Below are positions 27,831 to 41,364 of a DNA stretch of 64,000 nt, in pieces. The translations under genes and the position numbers were made by a program. The stretch comes from the human T2T-CHM13v2.0 reference genome, Homo sapiens. Location of the stretch: assembly GCF_009914755.1 (NCBI RefSeq), contig NC_060929.1; one strand, written 5' to 3'. The notes under the pieces were generated by a model that saw only the letters and a list, made by a program, of their open reading frames with translations, did no database searches and was not told where the DNA came from. Positions within the stretch are counted from its first letter, which is position 1. Every line of letters begins with the position of its first letter.

Positions 27831-28480
27831 CTTACCACATTTGTATGTGTTTGCATATGTTCTTAGCTAATTCTTTAAAATAATTGTGCTTATATCTATA
27901 CATATATTTGTTTAGTGAAGAATATGCATAGGCTCTTGAACAAGTTATAAAGTGAGGACAAGAATAGAGGTCAGTAGGGCATCTCTCTGAGAACTGTGAT
28001 AATATATACCAGAGGTGGCTACACAACTACCTGATTCGGAATCCTCATCTCTTTTTCTTTCCTCTGTACTTTTCCATACCAATAAATAGTCTCCCACCCT
28101 TGGCACAGGGGAGCACTGGGCTTCTGAGTGCATTCAGAAAACAAGCAACACTTACACCTGTTTAGCCTCATGTTTCCTAACAGCTTTAGAAGTACAATAT
28201 GGCCCTAGGTCTTTGTTTCAGTACAGTAGGTGGAGGGGGCTTCTTGCCAGCCAGAAAGCGTTAAAAGTTCATGGCAGCTGCCTAGAAACCACTGCAATGT
28301 TTCCCATAAGAGATGAATAAGCTAGTTTAGACTCCCATGTATTTCCAGGAATGTAGGAGTGTTCGATCTATTGTTCTTTCCATTCTATTGTTTCAGAGCT
28401 CTAATTAAATAATGCCACATATAAGATTCCCCAACGCCCTAAGAAAATATATAATTTGAATTATTTGGGACGGCCTAATT

Positions 28481-28791
28481 GTTTTTTTCTCCCCCCCCCC
28501 CCCCCCCCAAGACAGGGTCTCGCTTTGTCACTCAGGCTGGAGTGCCGTGACACGATCATAGCTCACTGCAGCATCTGACTCCTGGGCTCAAGCAATCCTC
28601 TCACCTCAGCCTCTTGAGTAGCTGGGACTACAGCCATGTGACACCACGCCTGGCTTATATTAACTTTTTGTAGAGATGGGGATCTCATTATGTTTGCCCA
28701 GGCTGGTCTTGAATTCCAGGCCTCAAGTGATCCCCCGGCCTTGGCCTCCCAAAGCACTGGGATTACAGGTGCGAGATACCACATCCTGCCC
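28481..28791 (-). mobile_element. AluJ with C18 in the tail
   Basis: Antisense J-type dimer; tail gtttttttct(C)18aagacagggtct. Confidence 0.9.
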
Positions 28792-29009
28792 TAACTTTCT
28801 CTAAAAAGTTTTTAAGACTTTCTTATTTGTAGGCAGTAACTCCTGGTATATAGATGATATTCCAAATACGAATGTATTCCTGATGGTCACCTTGGGGCCA
28901 CATGCTTGGTTCTAACTGGCAAAGATTTATCATTATGTACAGTTTTTGTCCATATATTTTTCCTTTGCTTTGTGAAATAGGGTATGCTCTCAGACTAATT
29001 CTTTTTTCC

Positions 29010-29155
29010 CTTTATATAAGAACATTGTTGAGATTCACATGCCATACAATTTTCCCACTTAAAGTGTACAATTCAGTGCTTTTTAGCATATTCAGAGTTG
29101 TGTGACCATCCCCACAATCAATTTTAGAACATTTTCATTACTTTAAAAAGAAACG
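29010..29155 (-). mobile_element. L1M 3' terminal fragment
   Basis: ttaaagtgtacaattcagtg...caattttagaacattttcatt. Confidence 0.8.
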
Positions 29156-29157
29156 CC

Positions 29158-29565
29158 AGAGCAAAGCAAGTGCTGTGATCATACTTTCTAAGAACATTCT
29201 CCAGTCAAAAGATCCAGGGGTCCTTAGAAAAATGGGTGATTTTAGGACTGGGGCAGGAAATATGTGAGATTGAGCCTGGGGCATCTTGTAGTACCAGAAA
29301 GAACAGAAGTGCTTAATAAAACAAACAAACAACAACAAAACTTACTAAACCCTACATTCACAGAGGCATATCACAGGGATCCAGGAGCCAACTGAAACAG
29401 CTCCCAAAGGCCAAAGCTGGAAAAATTAGAGCAATAAAATAAAGCAGTGTTGGATCATAATACAAAGTATTAAATATCCACGAGTCCATACTGATATAAA
29501 TGACTGAATAAGTGGGGCAGAAAAGACAAATTACCCTTACAAAAGAATTTTCCATAATTTATACT
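29158..29565 (+). mobile_element. L1MC/MD 3'UTR fragment
   Basis: ccttagaaaaatgggtgattttaggactggggcagg...gccaactgaaacagctcccaa...gagtccatactgatataaat. Confidence 0.75.
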
Positions 29566-29569
29566 TTTA

Positions 29570-31040
29570 AAGTTATCTCTTTATTAATATTCTCTATTTG
29601 ATGAGACATTGTCATACCTACATTTACTTTTAAAAGCATGGTTTCCTGTAGTGTATTGAAGCCTTTCTTCTGTTAAATTCAACATCTCCCTCTCACAGGC
29701 AGTTTCTGTTGCTTGCTTTGCTCCCTGTGTATGGTTCATACTTTTTTTTCTCCATGTCTCAAATTTTTGATGAAAATTGGACATTTTAGGTAATATACTG
29801 TAGCAACTTTGGATACTAATCTCCTTCCCTTCTTTGGGGCTTGTTTTTGATGTTGTCTGCTTATTTCTTTGGCTGGTCCATTTTAGTGAAATCTATTTCC
29901 CGCTAAATGTGAAGCTTATAATGTTATTTCTTAGAGGGTAGAGACTTGGTCACACATAGGGTAAGCCTAGGATGACAGTAGGTTAAGCAGGGCTCTGTCT
30001 TTTTTCCTGATCTGTGAAAATATCTGTTTTATTTGGTATCCCACTCAGCTGACAGTTTCTTCTAGTTGCTGGCTAACTGCACTATTGTTTTTGAGCATGC
30101 CTGGGACATAAATTGCCCCACAGTCTGATCCTATTATTAGTATATCTAGTCCCCTTGGGACAGTTTTAAGGTTTGTTCTAACCCTAGGAGGGCTTTGCTT
30201 AACTACCTCTTTCCCTTCTTCTCTCTGGTAAACTTAGGCCTACAGTTTAGTTGGCTGCTCTCATAGAGCTACCAACTGGTTTTTAATTGCTTGCCACCAA
30301 AATATCGATTGTTTTCCCAAGTTCAATCCTTAGGCTTGAACTTCTCACTCTGCTTCAAATAAACTCAGTTTCTTTGGGGAGAACTTCAGAGGTGTCTGTT
30401 TTTGTGGTCTCCCTTATCTCTTGGGTAAAATCTCTGAGCTCTCTGAACTCTCTGAGCTACTGCTCCAGAAATAGGATGAGGGTGATACCCCTGCCTTATA
30501 AGCAGAGTGTGGGTCAGGGGCAGGGGCAGTGGCCTCTAGTCTTCTTAGCTTGCCCTTCCCAGCATGGAATCTCCATCCTATGAGCAAGCTGAAGCCAGAG
30601 AAATTAGGGCTCCAGTATCCTTGGATTGCCATGCCTGAAGCAGAACCTCTGCCTTATGAGTGGGGGTTGTGGGAAGGAAGAGAGCAAATTCTTGGCTGTA
30701 TTTACCAGAAATTTAATCTCTAACTTGGAGCTAAAAGAGATAAGAAATGCTGGTGGCTACTGCCTCTTGGTGAAATACTGTATCCCTTGAGTTGGAGCTG
30801 AGGGAGAAGGGAGCTGTTTCTTCTTGGCTACACCCACCCAGAGTGGAGCTTAGAGAGTGGACTTGTGGCTGAAGTGCCGCAGACTCTTGTTTAATGTTTC
30901 TTAATTTGCTGTGTGACCTGACGACAATTTCCAGAGAGTTTAAATGGTTGCTTTAAAAATAGTTTTCACTAGTTCAGGTTGTTTTGCTAGGGTATGGTTC
31001 CACGGAGCTTCTCACTCCACCATCCTCAAAGTGGAACTCA
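29570..31040 (-). mobile_element. L1M 5' region / internal fragments
   Basis: tctctatttgatgagacattgtcat...tgtagcaactttggatact...tcactccaccatc. Confidence 0.6.
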
Positions 31041-31272
31041 TTTTATTTTCTTGCTCTTAGTCTAAAGCATAGCTTATTTTCATGAACTTTGTTGTTTGTC
31101 TACCTGATATGAATCGAGATTTTCTAGAGATCAGTCTCTCAGGAGAGTGAAATGCGGCAAACTTCCCAACAGAGACAAGTGGAAGGAAATGTGAGTTTTG
31201 GCTGGGCCATGTCTACCCAGGTCGTTCTGATTTATCTGCACAACATCCCCAATGTGCCATGGTCAGTGATTC

Positions 31273-31999
31273 CGATACAGACAGGAGGCAGGGAAATACC
31301 TGGGTAGAAGAGGGCAGTTCCCTGGCAAAGACCCACCCTTAAGCCTGGAAACTGTGGCACTAAATTAGAACAGTTATCCCTGTTTTCCCACCCAAAAGTT
31401 GCTTTTTCCAAAACCACCCTAGTCTGCCACACCGCGATCCTGTACCCATAAAAACCCCAAACTCCACTGGCAAAGGAGCAGTGTGGTGTGGCAGAGAAGG
31501 AGAGAAGACGTGTCTGAATGTCAAGAGGAATTTGGCTGGGGACAGTTGGAGAGGAATTCGGCTGGGGACAGCTGAACTCCAGGGGAAGATTATCTTTCCA
31601 CTCCATCTTCTTTCCAAATCCCTATCCTGCCGAGAGCCACACCTCCATCACTCAAAATCTTCGTATCCTTCAAGTCCATGTGACCTGATTCTTCCTGAAT
31701 GCTGGACAAGAACCTGGGTACCAAGAGGGCAGGGTATAAACGGCTGTCACCCTGACTCTTCATTGAGCTGGTTAACACTTAGCTCTCTGTGGACAGTAAC
31801 TGCTAAAGGAACATTAATTGTAACATACCCCTAGAGGCTGCCATGGGGCCAGAGCCTAAAAGCACTTGCCCCAGCTCCTGCACCCACTCACTTGCATCCT
31901 CCCCTTCCCACAAGGGGTTTGAGAGAAGGGTGGCTGGGTAAATGAGCCACACCCCTGCTGCAAGTCCTGTGAGGGGTTCAAGGGAACTCTCCCGTCTCA
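31273..31999 (+). mobile_element. MER50-like ERV1 solo LTR
   Basis: gatacagacaggaggcagggaaatac...gggaactctcccgtctca; flanks attc / attg (4-bp TSD, 1 mismatch). Confidence 0.85.
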
Positions 32000-33796
32000 A
32001 TTGGATCTCCAAGGAATGAGGAGTAGTAAGGCAGGGAATTCAGTGACATAAACCCATTGGCCTGAGGCCACACATCAAAGAGCCCTCCTCTACTCCCTCA
32101 AAATTAGCCAAACAAAAAATCCAGTTGAATCCTCTGTCACAAACTGTAAAACATGGGATGATTTTATGTAGTACAGGACTTTTTTATTGCTTATTTATAG
32201 GTTTACTAGAAGAATAGAACTTATAAAATATATACATAGATTTATATAGAGAGTGCTTCTTAGCATATAGAAACGTTAAAAATCCATGACAGGTGGCAAT
32301 AATTTCATGGTTTCCCTTTTAAAAACAAACCAACCAACTGGTTTAGAGTCCTGTATATGTGCAGGAGTGTAGAATGTGACACTGTGGTTCCATTTTATGG
32401 TTTCAGTGCTCTAATTGAAAAGTGTCACATCCATACTTTATTATTCTCCAAACATCTAAAAGAGTAGAGATTGCAAATTTGAAAGATGACATGCACAAAC
32501 TCATACACACACATACAAAGCCCATTAAAATTGTAATTCCACAATACTGTTGCTGCAACAAGGCTAAAGTAGCTATTTTCTTTCTTCAAAGTAAGTCCAT
32601 TTAAAAGTGATCCAGAGACATATCAAGAAGTGTAAAGGTGGTATGAAAATGATTGGATTTTGAAAAAAGGTATAAATGTCAAGTAAGAATTTTACATACC
32701 AAATCTGTTTAGATAAAAAAATTAATCAAATTGGTTGTTTGACTACGAGCATAAGAAGGAGTATTCAGAATTCTTTCTCCTAATTAGTTACACTGGACAG
32801 CTTAAAAAATAGGGGCCTCAAACAGACAAAAGGGGAAAATAATGGTTCCTCTTCTTCCACCCACACAGCTTTCTCATTTGTAGCTTCAGGTACATCTAAT
32901 CTTTTCCTTTTCCTTCTTGTTAAGGCACTATCAGGATTAGCTTGAATGAGCAGACGGCCTCAGTTAACTTAAAAGCGGAGCATCTGCAGGCCCCTGCTGA
33001 ATTATACAGTCAGCAGGACAGAGGTTAATTAGGAGCCGACCAGCAGAGTCACAGTTCAGATGGACCTGAAGCTTCCAGTCAACTGCTGATAATAGCATAA
33101 TTTCCAAGTTTAAGAGCAATACTTCCAGGGAAGGCTTGTGATCGCTTTTCGGGGCCAGTTATTACCTAGACCATTTATGTATATAAACTCAAAGCATTGT
33201 TTTGTTTTGTTTTCATCTCTTTTGTTTCAAAGTGTTGCTCCTAAAGTTGTTTTAAGATTTATAAATTTGTCAGATCAGGCTGTGATAGAAATAGTTGTTA
33301 TTTCAGCCCTAGACATCTTAGGGCTGCCTCGTGCACGATTTCCCCATGACATAGATTTAACATTTGTATTTCACACTGCTGATGTGTTTCTTCTTAGTCA
33401 ATCTTGCCCCCTCTTCCTGCCCTTCTGAGAGAGGATCAAGTTTCAGGGAAATGGACACACTCAGCACAATCCCCCCACCTCCTGCATTAAAAGAAAAAAA
33501 GATTTTTCTGAAAACCAAGCTTAAGCAAACATCAGGAACTTACTTCTCCCCCAACCTTCCATTTAATGCCAACTGTCCTTATTCACTTTTATCTTGCTTA
33601 ACCAGTTTTGCCAGTGAACTTCTAAGTGACAGCATTCACCAACATGAGTTTTCTCTTTCTTGCCTCTTGTTGCCTTTGTTAGAACAGCTTAAGAATTAGG
33701 CACAATAAGGACACAGAATGGAGAAATCAAAGAAACAATGGGTCTGGAAATTTCTTGAGAAGAAAGGATTGACCACAATTATCATGAGATATACTT

Positions 33797-34800
33797 GTGG
33801 TAATAATCTATCACATGTAGGATGCATCCTATGGGCTGCCTCAGATTCTCCTGGCTTCACCTGTCCCCTGGGCCAGCAGCTGAGAGGAAGGATTCTATGT
33901 AGAACCTCATGGTTCCCCCTGTGTTGTCTTCAGCTCTTCCCTCACTTCTGATCTCATAAAAGGCCACTTCTTATGGTACAGGGTCTGCTTCCCCCAGAGG
34001 TCTGCTGCCAAAAGGGGCCAGGTGACCAACCCAGAACTACAAGAGGATTAACTTCCATGGGGTTCATTTTGGTAAATGGGAATGAGGAGACAAGAGGGAA
34101 TCGGCAGGCTTTCTCTCCATTTGTCCCTCTGATGCATTGTTCTGAGGTATGGTTTTCCATACAAGCTTGTCCAGAGACATCCTGCACCTATCAAACAACT
34201 GGCTTTGTCACTTTGTGCCTTATTGTGACACAGTGGCCAAAGCCATCACTCACACATCCTTGCATTGGCTTCTTGTTTCCATTCTTTACTTCCCTTCCTC
34301 TCTGATATGGTCACACTTTGTGTCCCCACCCAAATCTTTTCTTGAATTGTAATCCCCAGGTATTGAGGGAGGGACCTGGTGGGAGGTGGTTGGATCATAG
34401 GAGCAGTTTCCCCCATGCTGTTCTTGTGATAGGGAGTGAGTTCTCATAACAGCTGATGGTTTTATAAGGGGCTCTTCTCCCTTTGCTCACTCTCTCTCCT
34501 GTTGCCACGTAAGACAGCCCTGCTTCCTCTTCCACCATGATTGTAAGTTTCCTGAGGCCTCCCCAGCCACACAGAACTGTGAGTCAGTTAAATCTCTTTT
34601 GAGTCAATTAAACCTCTTTTCTTTGTCAATTACCCAGTCTCAGGCAGTTCTTTATAGCAGTGTGAAAAAAGACTAACACACTCTTACTCTTGCTTTCCTG
34701 TGATAATACTTCCTACAAAGCACTCAACTTTTGCTTAGGCTTGTCCCTCTCCTTCCCCCAGGGAATCCCTGTTAAAATATATCCTGAAATTTCCTAGACA
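33797..34800 (+). mobile_element. Old ERVL (LTR16-group-like) LTR split by THE1
   Basis: LTR-like sequence on both sides of THE1: ccttgcattggcttc...[THE1]...ctcttgctttcctg...cttaggcttg. Confidence 0.4.
34303..34680 (+). mobile_element. THE1 (THE1D-like) MaLR solo LTR
   Basis: tgatatgg...gtgtccccacc...tttatagcagtgtgaaaa.agactaacaca; TSD ctctc / ctctt. Confidence 0.9.
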
Positions 34801-34860
34801 ATTCCAAGTCATAGTTCTTTTTATCTCTATAGATGTTTTTGTTTGCTGAAGTATGTAATA

Positions 34861-35064
34861 CAAGCTTGTCCAACATATGGCCCATGGCCCAGGACAGCTT
34901 TGAATGTGGCCCAACACAAATTCATAAACTTTCTTAAAACATTAGGAGTTTTTTTTGTTTGCTTTTGTTTTTTAGCTCATTAGCTATTATTAGTGTATTT
35001 TATGTGTGGCCCAAGACAATTCTTTCAATATGGCTCAGGAAAGGCAAGAGATTGGATACCCCTG
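34861..35064. mobile_element. MER30 (hAT-Charlie)
   Basis: caagcttgtccaac...gattggatacccctg termini; 8-bp TSD atgtaata / atgtaatc. Confidence 0.9.
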
Positions 35065-35199
35065 ATGTAATCCCTTCTCCTCCCCACTTCCCTTAGAAAA
35101 TCCCAGAAATGGGATGTAGAAGACAGTAGTGGTCCTTTAATTCAAATCTTAAATTTCTGTCTTTGCTGCCTTGAGTTTAATTCATTTCCATCCCCTGCT

Positions 35200-36230
35200 T
35201 TTGTGTTTTCTTTCTTCTCTGTCTGGCAAAATTAGACTTATCCTTCAAAGCCCAGGTAAATGTAATCTACTGAGTGAAGGCTTGCTTACCACATCTGCCC
35301 ATGCCTCCCATGGGAGTCTGTGCCATCTCAAGCCTGGCATCACAGAGCCTACATCTGTGCTTCCTAGAGTCCTGGCATTGTGTTTTTGTTGGTTGGAGCC
35401 AACCTGACCATGAGTTGCCGCTTCCTCATCGAGTCATACTCATTGTGTTTTTTTTAGATCTCCAGAACTAGCCCATAGAAGATTTCAAGTACTGTTTGCT
35501 AAATGAAGGTGATCTGGGTTCTCCTTTTTGCATCCCTCATTGTTGCATCTACCCCAGTCCAAATAGGCCTCCTCACCCTGGCCAGGACAGTGACCATGGC
35601 CATGGCCTCACTGCTGTCAGTCTCCTTCAGACAATGCAACCTGCATAAAACCACCAGGCTGCTCTTTTTAAAAATTGCATCCTCTCACCACTAGACCCCA
35701 AGGGCCTATAGGAAAGAGGCAGTACAGCAGAGAAAGAATGTAAATGCACAAAGCATAGACAGCAATAACACTTACATATTAGGTACATCGTATCTGACAT
35801 CAGTGCCTCTGTCTGGTGCACAAGCTCCTGTTCAGCCTAACTCCTGTGCTCTGCTACCCCATACAAACTCTCTATTTTGGTCAGGCTTGGCTCCTTATCC
35901 CCTGCCTAAGCCTACCCAACTGTCCCCTCCATTGGAACAACTCTTACCTCCTCTGTACCTGTCCAAATCCTGTCCATCTCTCAATCTCTCATCCTCATAG
36001 ATGCTTGAGGAGTTGATGTAACCAGGGAGATGCTCCCCTATCTCAACTTTTATGGCAAGGATGTACCACCCAGTTTCTCTGCCTTGAGATCTGACTGCCT
36101 TAGCCTTTTCCCATTTTTTTCTTCAATAAGACTAAGCTCTCCAAGAGCAGGACTATGTTTGATACTTCATTAATCTTCCTAGTGCCCAGGCAAGTAAAGA
36201 TTCAACAAATATTAGTTGACTGATTCATAG
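35200..36230 (+). mobile_element. L2 fragments
   Basis: cttatccttcaaagcccag; agactaagctctccaagagcaggact...caacaaatattagttgactga. Confidence 0.5.
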
Positions 36231-39124
36231 CAATAGAAATTAGCCTAACCAAACCTGGCAGAAGATGTTAATGACAAACTACAGCCTATAATTTAGAGGT
36301 TATTGTTAGATTTTAAATTTTTTAAAAAGGCATTTTCTGTTATTTTCACTTACGTCAGCATCTAAGGAGAAAAATATGACATAATTTTCTGTATGTCTAG
36401 GAAGAGAAATATACTATATGTTATACTAGTTCATTAAAGCATTCTTCCACTCTCTTTCATAACATATGCTATGAATCTTCATAGCAGTCAGGGTACATTT
36501 TTTTTCCAATTAATTTTTCTTTTTTGCTTTACTGGCAGTCAGTTTTACTAATAGTCATTTTTCTAAGTCAAATGCTTTAATTAAAGTTGGAATGAAAAAT
36601 CTGATTAAAATCTAAATTGGCTCAAGGAGCTGTGATCTTTTGGTCTGCTCTTTGCTGTTATATAATTTATGCCCCAAATAGTTACATTAGGACTTTCAGT
36701 ACATTGTTCTTACCTAAGGCATTTAGAAAGGTCTGGAGCTTTGAGCCAAATAATCCTAATTTAGAAGTTATTGCATACCCAACGTCAAGAATTTCAAGAC
36801 TAGCGATAGGTTAAGGAGTGAATTTCTAGAATGATTTCATTTTTCAGCAATTCCGAAAGACAGGCACATGATTTATTTTCTGTTGGTTGCCTTTCCCATT
36901 CTAACCTGTTATTTAAATAAATTCAGTACTCAGCCTAAAATTCATTCTTGGTGATAGATGCTCTGCCACACTCCAGAAGAAACCAATTAATTTTGAATAT
37001 ATAAATGAGTAGTCAGTACAGGGGGAAAAAAAAAACAAAAAACAAAACAAGACTGATGTGGCTTATTTGGGCTTTTTCTATTTTCCAAAAATTATTCTGA
37101 TGATAACATGTTTAAAAGGTAGGATCTGAAAACCCAGAAAAAGCAATGTTGCGTGTCTAAAAACAAAAAACCCAAACCCTGAACTACAGAGTAAGCTGAT
37201 AAATCTGATTCTCACTTAGTGTCTCAGGTGGATAAATTAATAATTTCATAAAAAATGTATGAGACCATCAGGGACATTTGAATTACAACAAAGCCCGACA
37301 GAACAAAGCTAAGGAAAATGGGAAGCATTTATGAGAAGACATTGAAGTTACTCAAGTGTGTTGTTTTTCGGGCTCAGCTTGTAGGGGTCACTGGGGTAGT
37401 GGGTCCTATTGCTGTTCTCTACAGATTGAAATTGGCTGCCGTGGGCAAAGGTCACCCCACGGTATCAATTACTTGCTGCTACCTGGAAATTTTAATTTCA
37501 TGCCCTGCAGTAGATCTGCTTTCTTCTCTAGTATGAATGGCAACTGTCTCCGATTGGTGACAAGAATAACTCATTTCCTCAGGGTCATTACACTCTAGAA
37601 ACTTCTCCATTCAGAAAGTCGATTGCAGATTGCTGGCACAACCAGATCTGCTGCACAAATATGCTGAGTGAATAGACTAGAAACTGTTTCCTCTCTTAAC
37701 CTTTTTTAAGATATGGTTTTGGTTTCTCCTTTGTAGTGGGGTCAGTCTAAACTCTGAAGAACTGATATTTAGGTCAACATAGACTTTCTCTGTGGAATTC
37801 CTCAAAGAAAAAGATGACTAGAGATGTTAGCAAACATAAAAAGTCAGTATTTTTAAACAGTAGGGAATCTGGTTGAAGGAAAATTTGTAGTGGGCTTATT
37901 TTTGCCTGGAAATACTGTTAAGGGTATATTAATAATCTCTTCCTTGCCTAAATTGTAGCCTTTGGAAAGATGAGGTGAAACCTATTTTGACAATGAGATT
38001 AATATTGCACTAGGAAGCTGATAGAAATATTTAGAACAAAAAGAACAAACCCTTTCCATTTGGTCTGCTCCATTATTGGCCTGGCTTTGAGTTAGAATAA
38101 TGAGAATCAAAACTGCCAGAAATACATGTTAGTAAGTGACCAAAGGAAACACTGTTAAAACACCTCATTTTTGTTACTTTTGTTCCCTTGGCCTTGGTTC
38201 TAATTTCAGAATGTTCCTAACAGTTTCATCAGCATTGCAAAAGAAAGAATAAACTTATAGCTCAATTAAATAGCAATGGACATTCCAGAGTATCTAAAAT
38301 TTTTAAATAAGCAGAAATGATAAATTTGAGTTATTAAATGATGTTTCTTCCAGAACCTGTGTTTGAGGATGTTTGCACACACACACAACATACATAACAC
38401 CCTAACTATGTAGTTGTGCTTGCCCGTAATAGTAAGTGGGAAACACAAAATAGAACTCACATGGAATTTCTTCCTCTGCAAATCACCAATCACCTTGCCC
38501 ATTCTCATGAATACAATCAAATCTGTCCAGGCCATAAAGGCATGTAAAGGCAAGAGAGAATCTCCGCATTTTAGGTGTTGGGCATCTCATTATGTAAGGA
38601 AATGAACGATGGGGGAAGTGAGGGAAGATTATGAGGTGGGTGAGAATTGCTTCCTCTCTGGCCATTAGTTTTCAGAACAATGGCCCAACTGAGAAGGGCT
38701 GTTGTCAGAGGGAGCAGCAAATATTACCTGCTGAGGGTCAGGGGTCTTCAAGTTATTCCATCCTTTTTGATACAAAAGGCCATGCTTTACGCCTCCTTCT
38801 CCCCATGTTACGAAATAAATGAACTAATTATGTGTTGCTTTAGACTAATTAACCACTATTATGGCCTATTTAAATGATTTTTTAAATGCAAGTAAAAAAA
38901 TGCAAAACAAAACCAAGTTGTAAAAGGCCTTTAAGAAAATGAAGAGAGATAAAAATGTTGAATCTTGGTTCTTTAGACCTACACATAGAAAAAGAAAGTA
39001 AAAGGTTTTCTAGTGCAGCTCTCTCATTATGCAAAATGAGAAAATGGGATTCAAAAAGCAAAATGACCTGCTCCAGGTCACACAGCTTCTTAGAGCCAGA
39101 CATTTTATGAAAAATCCTTGTTTC

Positions 39125-39378
39125 TTAAATCTGGGGCAATTTGAGCTCAAAATAAGTGATCATAGTATACTCTAACCAGGTGAATAAAATAAAACTCTCG
39201 ATTCCATACCATACTGATATAAGCAGATAAACAAATTGGTAAGAAGGAAAAGCCCTTCTTTAACTTGAATGCCAATTAATAGAGAAAAAAATGATAGATT
39301 TATGAAACTATCAGTGGATACTAAAACTGGAGAATTAAAGTTTTAATGAGAAATAGGATATCTGCATAGTCTAAAAGG
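39125..39378 (+). mobile_element. L1MC 3'UTR fragment
   Basis: ggggcaatttgagc...ccatactgatataa...tttaatgagaaataggatatctgcatagtct. Confidence 0.65.
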
Positions 39379-41364
39379 TGACAAGGGTAGCAGCAAGTTT
39401 CCTGCTGGCATCCCAGACAGTCATCCCACTGTACCACAGGCTCTGTGCCACATGTCAGGGAGTCCTCTAGGCATGGTTACTCCTGTTTCTATAGGGCCTG
39501 TAGGGCCTTTGCTCCATGATGCTAACGGAGCTTTCCAATTAATATCCTCTTTTGAGTCAGAAAGATGTGTTGACTGCATGCCCTCCCTGATGGGTCTTAA
39601 TTCCTGCCAGATAAATAGACATACTTTGTTTGAATAGACCAGTATTCTAGCTTCCCAGGGCCCTTTACTGAACTTCACTACTGCTGGAGGCATGTGGAAG
39701 GCAAGAGTACAGTCTATATAGAAATGTCATATGGCCTAAAGAGTTTAAGAAAAGCTATTCTTGGGAGATGTACTGTTCTACATTCATGCTACAAAATTCC
39801 AAATGGCAAAATTAACATGACCAGAAAATGAACTGTCGTTCACATTTTTCTGCATACTCTGGGTAAGACTTGCATTTGTGATCATCATTAATGATGCCCA
39901 GTAACAACATTTGAGAGTGTCGCCAAAAGCCAGTATTTACAAACTGCTTGATGAATGATGCAGTGTCATGGAGAAAGAGGTAACCGATATTAAATCAACA
40001 CCTCTAGGGAACTGCAGAGGCAAGCAGATCTACATTGTTTCAATACAAACAGGTTCCAAAGTCACAGCACTGTCAGTAATAACAGCAGTGCTACCTCTTT
40101 CTTGTGGTGGCAGACATGAAATTAGCCAGAAACAGTGCATTTGACAATAAAGAACATAAAAAGATAGTTTAGTTCCTGGACTTGAGCAGGATGAGATGGT
40201 ATCTGGATACTCTCAAGAATCTTCACCTGCACTTATTGAATGATAAGCAAATGCGTAAGGGCCTCTTTTCTACTTTTTTCCAAATCTCCATTAATAAATC
40301 ACAGCATATCACATGAACCTATGAATGCTTAAAAATATGTTAAAATCAAATTGTTTATACAGATAGGTGCTCTGTGCAGTCTAGTGGAAGGGTGGAATGG
40401 GGGAGCTGGCTGTGGTGATATCTTACTTTGATAATGATAGCTTAAGAAGGGTTACAAAATGAATTCTTGAGAATTTGTAGTACCTCTCTGGGCCTTGGGT
40501 TTCTCACATAGCTGATGTATATAGCTAGAAGGCTAATTTATTATTTTCCACTTAGAAATATCATTGTCAAGCCCAAGCCTGCATACAGATTGGCTGGCCA
40601 AAGCACTCTTTCCTTATAGACAAGGGCCAGGGAAGCAAAGTTATGGGATCAGAAATAGGGGAGTTTATTCTACAATGGGAATGTTTAATGTCATCCTCAG
40701 GAATTGGCAGCCAGATGTGTGTAAACACATTGGGATTCTAGCTTGGCCTTCAAAGGACATCTTCTCTCCCAAGCAGTGCTAAATGGGGCAGCACTAGCCT
40801 TCGATCTGAGATCATCAAGCATGGCGGACAGCTATCCTTCTCCCGGCCTGAGTGTCCCTTGTGTATCTACATTAACATTTTCAAATTGACTGCCTTGCAG
40901 GGCAAGATCTGAGTCATGTGGACATTGTGTATTTCCATTTGAATTCTTATATCTGATCCTTTCTCTCACCAGGGGCAAGATCTTACAAATTCTTCATTTC
41001 CAAGTTCTTGGGAGTGGCTCATGGCTGTCTTGCCAATGAGGGTTCACTTGTGCTACAAAGGATGTGAGTCTGTTAAAGCCTAAGTTATTGTCTGTTATGT
41101 CTTTATTAGAGAAAGAATGAGAGGAACTGAAGTTTGTGTCTCAGCTTGGAAAGTCAGTTTCCCCTGATCACCAGTCATCTCCCTGATTTTCATCCCTCCC
41201 AGCCAGGTAGGCAGATCCTGCCTCACATGCTGTATTAAGGGCACATTCCTTTAGGATAACATTTATTTTTCATTATGCTTATTTTACAATTCTACCTCCT
41301 CTAAATCATGAGTTCATGAGAGTAGGGACCATGTTTTACTAACCTTGGATTTCCCAGAGCCCAT

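Noticed and set aside
37318-37598. Overlapping ORFs with a ctctacAG acceptor as a coding exon
   Set aside because: Unrecognised peptides and no convincing donor
40065-40092. agcactg...cagtgct stem as a miRNA precursor
   Set aside because: 7-bp stem only, far short of a pre-miRNA hairpin
39380-40170. Possible processed pseudogene or 3'UTR ending at AATAAA (~40145)
   Set aside because: No poly(A) tail, no TSD, no recognisable coding homology
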